In this document: in pieces, positions 43,394 to 53,499 of the stretch
Layout: every line of letters begins with the position of its first letter
Position numbering within the stretch: position 1 is the stretch's first letter
Program-made: the position numbers and the translations under genes
The notes under the pieces: model-generated
What the model was told of the DNA's origin: nothing
Databases searched by the model: none
What the model saw: the letters and a program-made list of their open reading frames with translations, nothing else
NCBI GenBank assembly: GCA_007692495.1
Contig: REBZ01000152.1
Location: forward strand, 16,626 to 80,625
DNA length: 64,000 nt
DNA from: Alkalicoccus sp.
GTDB lineage: Bacteria > Bacillota > Bacilli > Bacillales > Salisediminibacteriaceae
Direction: 5' to 3'

Positions 43394-43759
43394 ATGCAGG
43401 AGCTTTATAAAGAAGTACATACTTATTTAAATCAGGAAGAAGAAATTCCGTTTAAAACTTTTGATAATTATTATAAGCGTGTTATTAAGTACTTTAACGA
43501 TCATGCAGATGAATTCGAAGAAGAAGATATCTGGAAGGCACTGTTCATAGCAGAAAACGTTATGTCCAACGCCGACGGCAGATCGAAAGAAGTCAGTGAT
43601 CAGAAAGAATCAAAAAAATATAAGAAGATGTCAAAGCGTCTTACTCTCTGGGCTCAAAATTTTGCTGCACGCCTGGCAAGAAAAGGTTATAATGAGGAAC
43701 AGATGAACGAGCGTTTCGAAAAAATGTTCGAAGACTACGAAAAATTTAAAAATGAATAA
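43394..43759 (+). CDS. Hypothetical charged helical protein (121 aa)
   Basis: RBS AGGAG, upstream TGcTATAAT, clean ORF; no recognisable motif. Confidence 0.75.
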   Translation: MQELYKEVHTYLNQEEEIPFKTFDNYYKRVIKYFNDHADEFEEEDIWKALFIAENVMSNADGRSKEVSDQKESKKYKKMSKRLTLWAQNFAARLARKGYNEEQMNERFEKMFEDYEKFKNE

Positions 43760-43764
43760 ATAGC

Positions 43765-43793
43765 TTGCATCTGTAAAATTATACTGCTATAAT
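43765..43793 (+). promoter_or_regulatory. SigA promoter of the tRNA gene
   Basis: TTGCAT-N17-TATAAT with a TG extension. Confidence 0.8.
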
Positions 43794-43828
43794 AATGAGG
43801 TGTCGGTGGGAGATCACCGCACTGCTCT

Positions 43829-43903
43829 GCGCCCGTGGTGAAATGGATATCATACGAGATTTCGGCTCTCGCGTTCCGGGTTCGAATCCTGGCGGGCGCG
43901 CCA
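43829..43903 (+). tRNA. tRNA-Arg (anticodon TCG)
   Basis: Acceptor stem GCGCCCG/CGGGCGC, D-loop GGA with A20, anticodon arm CGAGA-TT TCG GC-TCTCG, T-loop TTCGAAT, encoded CCA. Confidence 0.95.
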
Positions 43904-43924
43904 CTTTAAATTAATTCATTTAAC

Positions 43925-43954
43925 AAACCTCCAGTATTATCTGGAGGTTTTTTT
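43925..43954 (+). terminator. Intrinsic terminator after the tRNA
   Basis: AAACCTCCAG-TATTAT-CTGGAGGTTTTTTT. Confidence 0.85.
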
Positions 43955-44424
43955 ATTAGATTCTATGAAACACCTGCTTTGCACTGAGTAAAATATTATT
44001 CCTCCGGTGAAGTAACTCACTTCGCCTTCGAAGGGCTGAAAAAGAGGTGCCGGAAGGATAGCGGCACTTTGTTATGGAAGTAATATTTTAATGAACGACC
44101 TGTAAAAATGTATTTTAAGGTTTTGTTAATACTTGCCGCTGATATGTGTGAAATGTCTCTCCTTTTGTTGTGGAGGAGCTTAATGCCTGTCGTTCAGACT
44201 TTCAGGATTTCCAGTCTGGTTCAGGAACTGCAGGTATCCCTTTTATTAACAGTGAATACTAACAGAACGTTTATAAAAGGATAAATTTCAGCATCTCAGA
44301 TTTTACAGGCACTGCATGCCTTAAAATGCTCTGGAAGAAGCATTGCTGTCAGCGCAGGATTTTTCCTTAGCTATATGCAGTAGATTGTCGGGTTTACCAT
44401 ACTAATAGAAAGTAGCGGTACATT

Positions 44425-45402
44425 ATGCGAGGACTTGGATATAGAACGTTGAAAACAGCAGTCGGAGCTGCACTTGCTGTTTTAATTGCACAGACTCTGC
44501 AGCTGGACTTTTACGCTTCGGCAGGAATACTCACTATTCTTTGTATTCAGAGAACGAGAAAAAAATCCTATCTTTCAGCCTGGGAAAGATTTTCTGCCTG
44601 TATTATAGGGCTTGTCACTGCAGCATTCATTTTTGAGGCAGTGGGGTACCATTTCTTCAGCATTGCGCTTGTAATACTTGTATTTATTCCTATTGCTGTA
44701 CGATTAAAAATCACTTCGGGAATTGTAACGAGCATGGTAATTATTTTTCACCTGTACACAGTAGGTACGGTCAGTGGAGAAGTTATAATCAACGAACTGA
44801 TTTTAATAGTAATCGGTGTCGGGATGGCACTCGTAATGAATTTTTATATGCCGAGCAGCGAGGCGGAGCTTAACAAACTTCAGAACCGTCTGGAAGAAAA
44901 TTATGCAGTGATTTTTCATGAGTTTGCCGCCTATATTCGCCGCGGTGACTCCGACTGGAGCGGAAGTGAAATTGTGGAAGCCGGAAAGCTTATCCAGGAA
45001 GCCAAAAACATGGCTGTGCAGAACCTGGAAAATCATATTCTCCGCTATGAGGATACGTACTATCATTATTTTAAAATGAGGGAAAAGCAGCTCGATATTA
45101 TCGAAAGGATGATGCCGCTTTTGACTTCTATAGATTATCATGTAATTCAGGCAGATATGCTGGCAGGGTTTATGGATGATCTGGCAGAAGGCGTCCACTC
45201 CAAAAACACTGCTTATCTGTTCATAGATAAGCTCGAGGAGCTTCGGGAATCTTTTAAGGAAATGGAACTTCCAAAAACGAGGGAAGAATTCGAAGCAAGA
45301 GCAGCACTTGCCCATCTTGTGAAAGAACTGGAGCAGTATCTTGCCATTAAGAAGCAGTTTCGCCCGGTGCAGGAATATGGAATATTTGAATCAAAAGCAT
45401 AA
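44425..45402 (+). CDS. yqjA: Aromatic acid exporter family protein (YqjA-like)
   Basis: GYRTLKTAVG, SAGILTILCIQ.T, YF.MREKQ, LPKTREEFEARA. Confidence 0.85.
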   Translation: MRGLGYRTLKTAVGAALAVLIAQTLQLDFYASAGILTILCIQRTRKKSYLSAWERFSACIIGLVTAAFIFEAVGYHFFSIALVILVFIPIAVRLKITSGIVTSMVIIFHLYTVGTVSGEVIINELILIVIGVGMALVMNFYMPSSEAELNKLQNRLEENYAVIFHEFAAYIRRGDSDWSGSEIVEAGKLIQEAKNMAVQNLENHILRYEDTYYHYFKMREKQLDIIERMMPLLTSIDYHVIQADMLAGFMDDLAEGVHSKNTAYLFIDKLEELRESFKEMELPKTREEFEARAALAHLVKELEQYLAIKKQFRPVQEYGIFESKA

Positions 45403-45487
45403 CGAAAAAAGTTTTATGTGGCGAGCTTCCTCTGGGGCAGGCGCCCTTCTATCAACACAGAACTTTAACACAACCAGACAAAAAAGA

Positions 45488-45530
45488 GGCTTCCCGGTCA
45501 CATGTATCAACCGGGAAGCCGTTTGTTTTG
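45488..45530. terminator. Bidirectional terminator between yqjA and prli42
   Basis: GGCTTCCCGGT...ACCGGGAAGCC flanked by A- and T-rich runs. Confidence 0.7.
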
Positions 45531-45533
45531 TTA

Positions 45534-45623
45534 TTAAAACGCAGAAACTCCCATAAGTGCAGTTCCAACAAACATTACGATAATCATCATATAAACGATC
45601 GCTTTACGAAACTTACGAGGCAT
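45534..45623 (-). CDS. prli42: 29-aa membrane miniprotein, Prli42-like (stressosome-associated)
   Basis: Manual translation MPRKFRKAIVYMMIIVMFVGTALMGVSAF; RBS GAGGAGG; basic N-terminus plus TM helix; position next to yqjA/mce. Confidence 0.75.
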   Translation of the reverse strand: MPRKFRKAIVYMMIIVMFVGTALMGVSAF

Positions 45624-45751
45624 ACTTTTCCCTCCTCAAAACTTTTGCTACTTCTATTTTAGCCGGAAAAAAACGAGTTTTCAAGGGGATGGGAAGACTT
45701 AACAACTCTATGTTATAATAAGACCATATTCAAGAGTTGAAGGAGGCGCCC

Positions 45752-47395
45752 ATGGAAGATTATAAAGAAGCATATGCAGCATGGCAGCAAGAAGTGAAGG
45801 ATCAGCTGAAAAAACGGCCGGAAAGGAAAGATACTTTTCGTACCGGCTCGCGTCTGGATGTGGAAAGAGCTTATTTTCCGGGAAAAATTGATAACGCTTA
45901 CATAGAAAAGCTCGGTTTTCCTGGCCAGTATCCCTATACACGGGGTATCCGCAGTACGATGTACCGCGGTCAGCTCTGGACGATGAGGCAGTATGCAGGC
46001 TTTGGCTCTGCGAAGGAAACAAATGAACGGTTCCGCTACCTCCTGGATCAAGGACAGACTGGTTTATCGGTTGCTTTTGATCTTCCTACACAGATCGGCT
46101 ACGATTCCGATGATGCGATGTCTATGGGGGAAGTTGGCAAAGTTGGGGTAGCCATCGATTCCCTGGAGGACATGGAACTTTTATTTGATCAAATTTCACT
46201 TGGTGATGTCAGTACCTCTATGACAATAAATGCGCCGGCTGCCGTACTGCTTGCAATGTATATAGCAGTAGCAGAAAAGCAGGGGGTTGAACCGGAAAAA
46301 ATCCGGGGCACCATTCAAAACGATATTTTAAAGGAATATATTGCACGGGGAACATATATTTATCCGCCTAAACCTTCAATGAAGCTTATTACGGACATCT
46401 TTGAATTTTGCAGCAGGGAAGCTCCGGCTTTCAATACTATCAGTATCAGCGGATATCATATTCGGGAAGCAGGATCCACCGCAGTACAGGAGCTTGCTTT
46501 CACGCTCGCCAATGCCGCTGCATATGTGGAAGCAGCGATGGAGGCCGGACTCGATGTGGATGAATTCGCCCCGCGGCTTGCCTTTTTCTTTAATGGGCAT
46601 AATGATTTTTTCGAAGAAACGGCAAAATTCCGTGCCGCCAGAAGAATGTGGGCTAAGATGATGCGGGAGCGATTCGGAGCAAAGAAAGAAAAAAGCGAAC
46701 AGCTCCGCTTTCATACCCAGGTTGCAGGCTCTACGCTTACTGCCCAGCAGCCGGAGAATAATGTTGTAAGAGTCGCGCTTCAGGCTATGGCCGCAGTTCT
46801 TGGAGGCACGCAGAGTCTGCACACGAATGCTAAAGACGAGGCGCTTTCTCTTCCAACTGAAGACAGTGCCAGAATTGCGCTGCGTACGCAGCAGATCATT
46901 GCTCATGAAACCGGAGTGACAAATACCATTGATCCGCTCGGCGGCTCCTATTTTATTGAAGAACTAACCGACAGGCTTGAAGAAGAAGCTTTCCGTTATA
47001 TTGAACGAATTGATGACCTGGGGGGTGCGGTGCAGGCGGTGGAAAGCCAGTATATGCAGAGAGAAATTCACCGCGCTGCGTATGATGCACAGAAACGTCT
47101 TGAAAAAGAAGAAGATATAGTTGTGGGCGTAAACAAATTTCAGGCCGGTGAAGAACAGGCGCCTGACTTAATGGCCGTGGATGACGCTTTTGTTAAAGAG
47201 CAGCTTCACAGACTGAAAACACTTAGAGAACGCAGGGACAATGAAAAAGTGGAAGCTGTGCTGGAAGAACTTAAAGCAGCTGCCGAAAACGGGGAAAATA
47301 TGATGGATGTTATCGTAAAAGCGGTTAAAGTTTACGCAACAGTAGGAGAAATATGTCATACACTCCGGAATGTATTTGGAGAATATACGTCGTAG
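45752..47395 (+). CDS. Methylmalonyl-CoA mutase, substrate-binding (large) subunit
   Basis: YPYTRG, RQYAGF (Tyr), [13 protein letters not shown] (Arg), [12 protein letters not shown]; lacks the B12 domain; ATG at 45752 after AAGGAGG. Confidence 0.92.
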   Translation: MEDYKEAYAAWQQEVKDQLKKRPERKDTFRTGSRLDVERAYFPGKIDNAYIEKLGFPGQYPYTRGIRSTMYRGQLWTMRQYAGFGSAKETNERFRYLLDQGQTGLSVAFDLPTQIGYDSDDAMSMGEVGKVGVAIDSLEDMELLFDQISLGDVSTSMTINAPAAVLLAMYIAVAEKQGVEPEKIRGTIQNDILKEYIARGTYIYPPKPSMKLITDIFEFCSREAPAFNTISISGYHIREAGSTAVQELAFTLANAAAYVEAAMEAGLDVDEFAPRLAFFFNGHNDFFEETAKFRAARRMWAKMMRERFGAKKEKSEQLRFHTQVAGSTLTAQQPENNVVRVALQAMAAVLGGTQSLHTNAKDEALSLPTEDSARIALRTQQIIAHETGVTNTIDPLGGSYFIEELTDRLEEEAFRYIERIDDLGGAVQAVESQYMQREIHRAAYDAQKRLEKEEDIVVGVNKFQAGEEQAPDLMAVDDAFVKEQLHRLKTLRERRDNEKVEAVLEELKAAAENGENMMDVIVKAVKVYATVGEICHTLRNVFGEYTS

Positions 47396-47409
47396 AGGAG
47401 GCGCCATTT

Positions 47410-48255
47410 ATGGATAGAATTAGAGTACTTATAGCAAAGCCGGGACTGGACGGACATGACCGGGGGGCGCTCGTGATTTCACAGGCTCTAAGAGATGCGG
47501 GTATGGAAGTAATATATACAGGACTCCGGCAGTCCCCGGAACAGATCGTGCGGGCTGCAGTTCAGGAGGACGTTGACGTTATAGGTCTTTCCAGTTTGTC
47601 AGGAGCTCATAACGTATTATTTCCTGCGGTTGTAAAACAGCTGAAAGAAGAGGAGGCAGAAGACATTCTCGTTATTGGCGGAGGTGTTATTCCTGTGTAT
47701 GACATTGCCAGACTTGAGGAAGCAGGAGTGGAAAAGATTTTCACTCCGGGTACGCCGACAGGTCTGATAGCTTCATATATTGAAGAATCCGTAAAAGCGA
47801 GACGAGGGGAAGAAACACGGCTTTTCCAAAAGCCGCGGGGCGTGGATCACATTGGTATAGCAGTAACATCTATTGATGAGGCAGCCTCTTTTTACCGCTC
47901 CCATTTTCAGCTTGATATACAGGATGTAGTGGAAGTTCCGGAACAGGGAGTGAGGGTAGCATTTCTCCCACTCGGCTCAGTAACACTGGAGCTTCTCGAG
48001 CCTCTCGGCAAGGACAGTCCCGTACAAAAATTTATTGATAAAAAAGGTCCGGGACTTCACCATCTGGCAATAGCCGTAGAAGATCTTCAGGACAGACTCA
48101 CACAAATGAAGCGTTCCGGTGTGCAGCTCATTGATGAAGAACCTAAAACGGGAGCTCAGGGACATCCTATAGCTTTTCTTCACCCTAAATCCACGCACGG
48201 AAGCTTACTGGAACTAGTAGAGAGAAAGGATGAATCAGCAGATGGACATGTATGA
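47410..48255 (+). CDS. Fusion of mutase B12-binding subunit and methylmalonyl-CoA epimerase
   Basis: N-terminal [10 protein letters not shown] and FTPGT; C-terminal VOC domain [30 protein letters not shown]; continuous frame. Confidence 0.88.
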   Translation: MDRIRVLIAKPGLDGHDRGALVISQALRDAGMEVIYTGLRQSPEQIVRAAVQEDVDVIGLSSLSGAHNVLFPAVVKQLKEEEAEDILVIGGGVIPVYDIARLEEAGVEKIFTPGTPTGLIASYIEESVKARRGEETRLFQKPRGVDHIGIAVTSIDEAASFYRSHFQLDIQDVVEVPEQGVRVAFLPLGSVTLELLEPLGKDSPVQKFIDKKGPGLHHLAIAVEDLQDRLTQMKRSGVQLIDEEPKTGAQGHPIAFLHPKSTHGSLLELVERKDESADGHV

Positions 48256-49789
48256 AAAACTGAATGAACTTTATGATAAAAGAAGAAAAGTGGAGATGGG
48301 AGGAGGCGACAAACGCCGGGAGAAGCAGCATGAAAAAGGTAAATTAACGGCGAGAGAAAGAATAGAACTGCTCGTGGATAAAAATACATTTGTCGAACTT
48401 CAGCCGTTTATCGAACACCGGTTTGACGAAGAAGGAATGGAAAAAGGATCAGCTCCCGGGGAGGGGGTTATCACCGGTTACGGGTACGTTAACGGCAGGA
48501 AAATTTTCCTGTTTGCTCAGGACTTTACGGTCTATGGAGGAGCTCTCGGGGAAATGCATGCAAAAAAGATAGCAAACGTAATGGATCTTGCTGTGAAAAA
48601 TAAGGCGCCGTTTGTCGGTTTAAACGACTCCGGCGGCGCGAGAATACAGGAGGGAGTTCTCTCTTTAGACGGGTATGGACATGTTTTTTACAGGAATGCA
48701 ATTTATTCCGGTGTTATTCCCCAGATTTCTGTCATTATGGGTCCGTGTGCCGGAGGGGCAGTTTATTCACCGGCAATAACTGACTTTGTATTTATGGTGG
48801 AAAAAACAAGCCAGATGTTTATTACAGGTCCAAAAGTAATAGAGACGGTCACCGGAGAAAAAATATCCTCCGAAGCTCTTGGAGGAGCAAAAGTCCACGG
48901 ATCAAAAAGCGGCAATGCCCACTTCTCCTGTAAAGATGAGGAAGAAGCTCTGCGTCAGGTAAGAGATCTTCTGTCCTACCTTCCCCAGCATCAGGAAGAG
49001 GAGCCGCCGATTCAGAGCTATGAGGAGAAAGACGAGTTTCTATATGATCTGCTGGACCATGTTCCATCAGATCCGTCCAGATCGTATGATGTACGGGAAG
49101 TAATCCGGGAGACAGCGGATAAAGAATCGTTTATGGAAGTGCAGAAGGACTTCGCAAAAAATGCGGTTATCGGCTTCGCCAGGGTGGGAGGACGGCCGCT
49201 TGGAATCATTGCGAATCAGCCGAAAGTAATGGCAGGGGGGCTCGATATTGACTCCTCAGATAAAATCGCCCGCTTTATCCGCTTTTGTGACAGTTTCCGT
49301 CTTCCGATTGTTACATTTGAAGATGTAACGGGATTTCTTCCGGGTGTCCAGCAGGAACATGGCGGCATTATTCGTCACGGGGCAAAGATACTTTACGCTT
49401 ATTCAGAAGCAACCGTACCAAAAATTACAGTAATCACCCGAAAAGCTTATGGAGGTGCCTACGTTGCTTTAAACAGTAAATCCATAGGAGCGGATATAGT
49501 TTATGCCTGGCCGAATGCTGAAATAGCGGTAATGGGTCCTCATGGTGCTGCAAATGTTATTTTTGCAAGAGAAATTCAGGAGAGCGAGAACCCTGAAAAA
49601 ACTAGAGCAGAAAAAATTGAACTGTACCGTGAAAAATTTGCTAATCCATATATTGCTGCAGCAAATGGAATGGTTGATGATGTTATCGATCCGAGGGAAA
49701 CGAGACAAAAAATTATGGAAAGTCTGAAAATGCTGCAGGACAAAACTGAACAGCGCCCGGCGAAGAGGCACGGTAATATCCCGCTCTAA
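48230..49789 (+). CDS. Propionyl-CoA carboxylase beta-type carboxyltransferase (YqjD/PccB)
   Basis: [38 protein letters not shown]; start could be 48230, 48242 or 48248. Confidence 0.9.
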   Translation: MNQQMDMYEKLNELYDKRRKVEMGGGDKRREKQHEKGKLTARERIELLVDKNTFVELQPFIEHRFDEEGMEKGSAPGEGVITGYGYVNGRKIFLFAQDFTVYGGALGEMHAKKIANVMDLAVKNKAPFVGLNDSGGARIQEGVLSLDGYGHVFYRNAIYSGVIPQISVIMGPCAGGAVYSPAITDFVFMVEKTSQMFITGPKVIETVTGEKISSEALGGAKVHGSKSGNAHFSCKDEEEALRQVRDLLSYLPQHQEEEPPIQSYEEKDEFLYDLLDHVPSDPSRSYDVREVIRETADKESFMEVQKDFAKNAVIGFARVGGRPLGIIANQPKVMAGGLDIDSSDKIARFIRFCDSFRLPIVTFEDVTGFLPGVQQEHGGIIRHGAKILYAYSEATVPKITVITRKAYGGAYVALNSKSIGADIVYAWPNAEIAVMGPHGAANVIFAREIQESENPEKTRAEKIELYREKFANPYIAAANGMVDDVIDPRETRQKIMESLKMLQDKTEQRPAKRHGNIPL

Positions 49790-49844
49790 ACTGTATTTAT
49801 GGTACAATCGTCTCCGTACATAATTATTGAGGAGGCATATCCTA

Positions 49845-50957
49845 ATGAATGAAGAACGGCTGCTGAACGAATTCCTTGAACTCGTTCAAATTGATTCAGA
49901 AACTAAATATGAACGGGAAATAGCTGACAGACTGATTGAAAAATTCACCGCTCTCGGCCTCTCTGTGAAGGAAGACGATTCCATGGAACGGACAGGACAC
50001 GGAGCTGGTAATCTTGTAATAACGTGGGAAGGAAATGGAGAGTGGGACACCATTTACTTTACTTCTCACATGGATACGGTAGTGCCGGGACTCGGTGTTT
50101 CTCCTGAGGTGAGGGATGGGTATATTTATTCTGATGGAACAACCGTTCTTGGTGCAGATGATAAAGCGGGCATAGCTGCTATGATAGAAGCGGTACGAAC
50201 AGTTCAGGAAACAGGCACGGAACATGGAACGGTACAGTTTGTTATTACTGTCGGAGAAGAGTCCGGTCTCGCAGGGGCAAGGAAACTGGATATGAATCTA
50301 GTAAAAGCAGACTATGGTTATGCTCTGGACAGTGACGGTCCGGTAGGGGATCTTGTAACAGCAGCGCCCAATCAGTCAAAAGTGTACGCTGCGATACATG
50401 GAAAAAAAGCTCACGCAGGTGTAGCACCGGAAAAAGGAATCTCGGCTATAACAGCTGCTTCAAGAGCCGTAGCTTCGATGCCTTTGGGAAGAATTGATGA
50501 AGAAACTACAGCTAACATAGGACGCATGGAAGGCGGCAGCCAGACAAATGTCGTCTGCGACAGAGTTGACATTACGGCAGAAGCCCGGTCGCTTGTAAAA
50601 GAAAAAATGGAAAAACAGACGGCTGCAATGAAACAGGCATTTGAAGAGGCTGCAGAAGAAATGGGTGCGTCTGCAGTCGTGGAGATTCAGGTGGTTTATC
50701 CAGGTTTCAAGCAGAAGCCGGATGACAAAGTAGTTATAAAAGCAAGCCGTGCTGCAGAAAAAATCGGCCGGACCCCGAGACTGAAGCATAGTGGTGGCGG
50801 AAGTGATGCAAATATTATTGCAGGGCACGGAATTCCTACGATCAACCTTGGAGTAGGCTATGAAGACATTCACACTACGAACGAACGGATGTCTGTGGAA
50901 GAGCTTAACTGCCTCACCCGTCTTGTTGTGCAAATTATAAAAGAAGCAAAAGGATAA
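49845..50957 (+). CDS. yqjE: M20 peptidase T-like protein (YqjE)
   Basis: SHMDTV, GADDKAG, GEESGL, GGGSDAN, IHT. Confidence 0.88.
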   Translation: MNEERLLNEFLELVQIDSETKYEREIADRLIEKFTALGLSVKEDDSMERTGHGAGNLVITWEGNGEWDTIYFTSHMDTVVPGLGVSPEVRDGYIYSDGTTVLGADDKAGIAAMIEAVRTVQETGTEHGTVQFVITVGEESGLAGARKLDMNLVKADYGYALDSDGPVGDLVTAAPNQSKVYAAIHGKKAHAGVAPEKGISAITAASRAVASMPLGRIDEETTANIGRMEGGSQTNVVCDRVDITAEARSLVKEKMEKQTAAMKQAFEEAAEEMGASAVVEIQVVYPGFKQKPDDKVVIKASRAAEKIGRTPRLKHSGGGSDANIIAGHGIPTINLGVGYEDIHTTNERMSVEELNCLTRLVVQIIKEAKG

Positions 50958-50981
50958 CAAGTCCTTCGTAAAGAACGCAAT

Positions 50982-51013
50982 AAAAAACACACCGTCAATA
51001 CGGTGTGTTTTTT
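50982..51013. terminator. Bidirectional terminator
   Basis: AAAAAACACACCGT-CAAT-ACGGTGTGTTTTTT. Confidence 0.8.
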
Positions 51014-51146
51014 CAGGCATCTTAAAGAAATGGTTTCGGTGTTAGATTGAATAATCCATTAGAAAAGCGGTATTGAACCCTCAGGGTCCGTCTGAGTATT
51101 CTTGTCTATTGTATTCGCAGGAACGTTCTTTGACCCGAAACCCCTA

Positions 51147-51341
51147 TTAGTGAATAAGGGATTTCGGACCGATGCTTCCAAATTCAAGTGATTCCAGAAT
51201 CTTTTCTTCGGAATGACCTGTTTTTGCAGCAAGCTGCTGAATCGTAGGTGATGGTCTCTCATGTCTGGCGTAATCGTTCAAAACTTCGATTACCAGAAAA
51301 AAAACGGACTGATAGTTAGAAGTAGTGTAAGAAGCATCCAT
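51147..51341 (-). CDS. Small protein resembling an isolated sigma-70 region 3 HTH
   Basis: RBS AAAGGTGG; SPTIQQLAAKTGHSEEKILESLEFG resembles SigB/SigF domain 3. Confidence 0.6.
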   Translation of the reverse strand: MDASYTTSNYQSVFFLVIEVLNDYARHERPSPTIQQLAAKTGHSEEKILESLEFGSIGPKSLIH

Positions 51342-51530
51342 CTATTTACCGACCACCTTTCTTTGACAACTTAATTCTAACATACACGTATTGGAATTGG
51401 CGAGAGTATGTAAGACTTTTCTAGTAAAGTGATTATAAAGAAAGGTGTCTGCCAAGGTTCATATGTTGTCCTGTGGTAAAATAAATGAAGTGTAAAAATA
51501 ATCTTACCATGGTGAAAGGAGCCTGATGAT

Positions 51531-52718
51531 ATGGCTGGCCGTGTTATCTTCCATGTGGATATGAACAGTTTTTATGCATCAGTGGAAACGGCTGATCATC
51601 CCGAATTAAAAGGAAAACCTCTCGCTATTGCAGGTAACGCAAAAAAACGGAAAGGGATCGTTGTAACGGCCAGTTACGAAGCCAGAGCAAGAGGTGTGAA
51701 GCCGCCTGTTCCTCTATGGGAAGCGAGAAGGGCGTGCCGGGATCTTGTTGTGAGGGAACCCCGTTTTGACAGGTACAGGGAAAAATCGCGTCAAATGTTT
51801 GAAATACTTAATGAGTATACAGAAATGGTCGAACCGGTTTCGATCGACGAAGGATATATGGATGTATCGGACTGTATTCCGGAAGGAGCACATGCACTCG
51901 CAGAAGAAATTCAGCAGCGGCTGTTGCTGGAGCTGGGTCTGCCGAGCAGCATCGGGATAGCTCCTAATAAATTTCTTGCAAAAACGGCAAGCGATATGAA
52001 AAAACCGATGGGTATAACTGTCCTCCGTAAACGTGAAATCCCGGAAAAGCTTTGGACTATGCCGGCTGCAATGATGCACGGAGTTGGGGACCGAACAGCT
52101 GAAAAGCTTGCCGGCCACGACATATTCACAATAGGGGACATAGCATCAGCTGAAGCTGCAGAGTTTATTATTAACTTTGGTGAAGGAGGCAGAAAAATTT
52201 ATGAAAGGGCATGGGGAAAGGACACCCGGCCGGTAGACCCGGAAGCTGCAAAGCAGTTTAAGAGCATCGGTCATTCCCGGACTCTTGCCCAGGATGCAGA
52301 AAGTCTTACAGCAGTCCGTCCTGTGCTTTCTGAGATGGCCGATTCCGTTTCCCACCGTCTGAAGCGGAAGGCCGTTTATGCTTCAGGTTTACAGCTGACA
52401 ATCCGTTACAGCAGCTGGGATACAATTCAGCGTTCGACCCGGCTGCCTGCTCCGCTTGATAAAACGGAAGAACTGCTCCATTATGCGGTGAAGCTTTGGG
52501 AAGAAAGCTGGAATGGAAGTCCTGTGCGTCTTGTCGGTATAACTGGAACAGACTTAATCAGACATGGGGAAGCTCATAAACAGCTGAATTTATTTTCTTA
52601 TGAAAAAGATAAGGCAGACTGGGAAAAAGATATGCTTTTGAGAGATATTAATGAAAAATTCGGTGAAAATAAATTAAGAAGAGGGTTCGGGGACAGTTCA
52701 CCAGGAAAGTTTTCCTGA
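51531..52718 (+). CDS. dinB: Y-family DNA polymerase IV (DinB/PolY1)
   Basis: HVDMNSFYASVE, ASYEARARG, SIDEGY, NKFLAK.ASD..KP. Confidence 0.93.
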   Translation: MAGRVIFHVDMNSFYASVETADHPELKGKPLAIAGNAKKRKGIVVTASYEARARGVKPPVPLWEARRACRDLVVREPRFDRYREKSRQMFEILNEYTEMVEPVSIDEGYMDVSDCIPEGAHALAEEIQQRLLLELGLPSSIGIAPNKFLAKTASDMKKPMGITVLRKREIPEKLWTMPAAMMHGVGDRTAEKLAGHDIFTIGDIASAEAAEFIINFGEGGRKIYERAWGKDTRPVDPEAAKQFKSIGHSRTLAQDAESLTAVRPVLSEMADSVSHRLKRKAVYASGLQLTIRYSSWDTIQRSTRLPAPLDKTEELLHYAVKLWEESWNGSPVRLVGITGTDLIRHGEAHKQLNLFSYEKDKADWEKDMLLRDINEKFGENKLRRGFGDSSPGKFS

Positions 52719-52862
52719 TTGTAAAGCAGGTTATGCAGGGATTTAACGCCGCTGTAAAGAAAAAGTAAAAAGGGTGTTTCGTTTAAAAAAAGATGGAACA
52801 GCTTCCGGAAGGTAACGGAAGCCCGGAAATCAGGCATGTCCATACAAAAAGGGGAGGATACG

Positions 52863-53291
52863 ATGTTTAAAGGAACATTTCATTACCGCACTAAAATGAA
52901 CAAACCGCTTTCTGATGTCTGGAGTTTCTTTCAATACAACAGGAATCTTGCAGCGATAACTTCGTTCCCAAAACTCACACTCCAGGGGGATGAAAAAGTA
53001 TTTGAAGGTGCTGTAATCCACCTGAAAATGAATTTTTTTATTATCCGTCTTTCGTGGGAAAGTAAAATTTCACAGGTTCAGCCTCTCCGGTATTTTATAG
53101 ATGAAGGGGAAAAACTACCGTTTCCTTTTACAAAATGGCAGCATAAACATGAATTTATTGAGCTTCGTCCCGGCTGGACTCTCATGACAGATCAAGTCAG
53201 GTTCACCTCGCTTGTTCCGGCAGTCTTCATTAAAATTATGCTGTATGGAATGTTTTCAGATCGTAAAAGAAAGCTGGAAAAGACATTGTAA
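52863..53291 (+). CDS. SRPBCC-family protein
   Basis: VWSFF...NL..IT, WES.I, F.D....PF..W.H.H.F; ATG after GGGGAGG. Confidence 0.7.
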   Translation: MFKGTFHYRTKMNKPLSDVWSFFQYNRNLAAITSFPKLTLQGDEKVFEGAVIHLKMNFFIIRLSWESKISQVQPLRYFIDEGEKLPFPFTKWQHKHEFIELRPGWTLMTDQVRFTSLVPAVFIKIMLYGMFSDRKRKLEKTL

Positions 53292-53346
53292 TGTATCGGC
53301 TGAGCTGTAACGGATAAATCGGTGCCGGAATTTTTTCAATATTGAT

Positions 53347-53387
53347 AAAAACCCTTCGGCTGCAAATTTTGCAGCCGAAGGGTTTTT
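53347..53387. terminator. Bidirectional terminator with 20-bp perfect arms
   Basis: AAAAACCCTTCGGCTGCAAA-T-TTTGCAGCCGAAGGGTTTTT. Confidence 0.8.
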
Positions 53388-53499
53388 AAAAATTCCGTTG
53401 CTTATTTTAGAATGATATTCCCTTGTTTACGATTTCGTCGTTCCTCGTGATTAAATGTATTCTGTCACATCTAAGAAACTGCTGACGAAGAGGGTGGGA

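Noticed and set aside
44030-44070. Lysine-riboswitch-like words (GGCTGAAA, AGAGGTGC)
   Set aside because: Motif order and the multi-stem architecture do not fit, and there is no lysine-related gene downstream.
43829-45402. Genomic island or prophage integrated at the tRNA
   Set aside because: No integrase and no duplicated tRNA 3' end; core synteny resumes at yqjA.
51421-51530. LexA/DinR SOS box before dinB
   Set aside because: The best candidate, GTTCATATGTTG, has three mismatches to GAAC-N4-GTTC.
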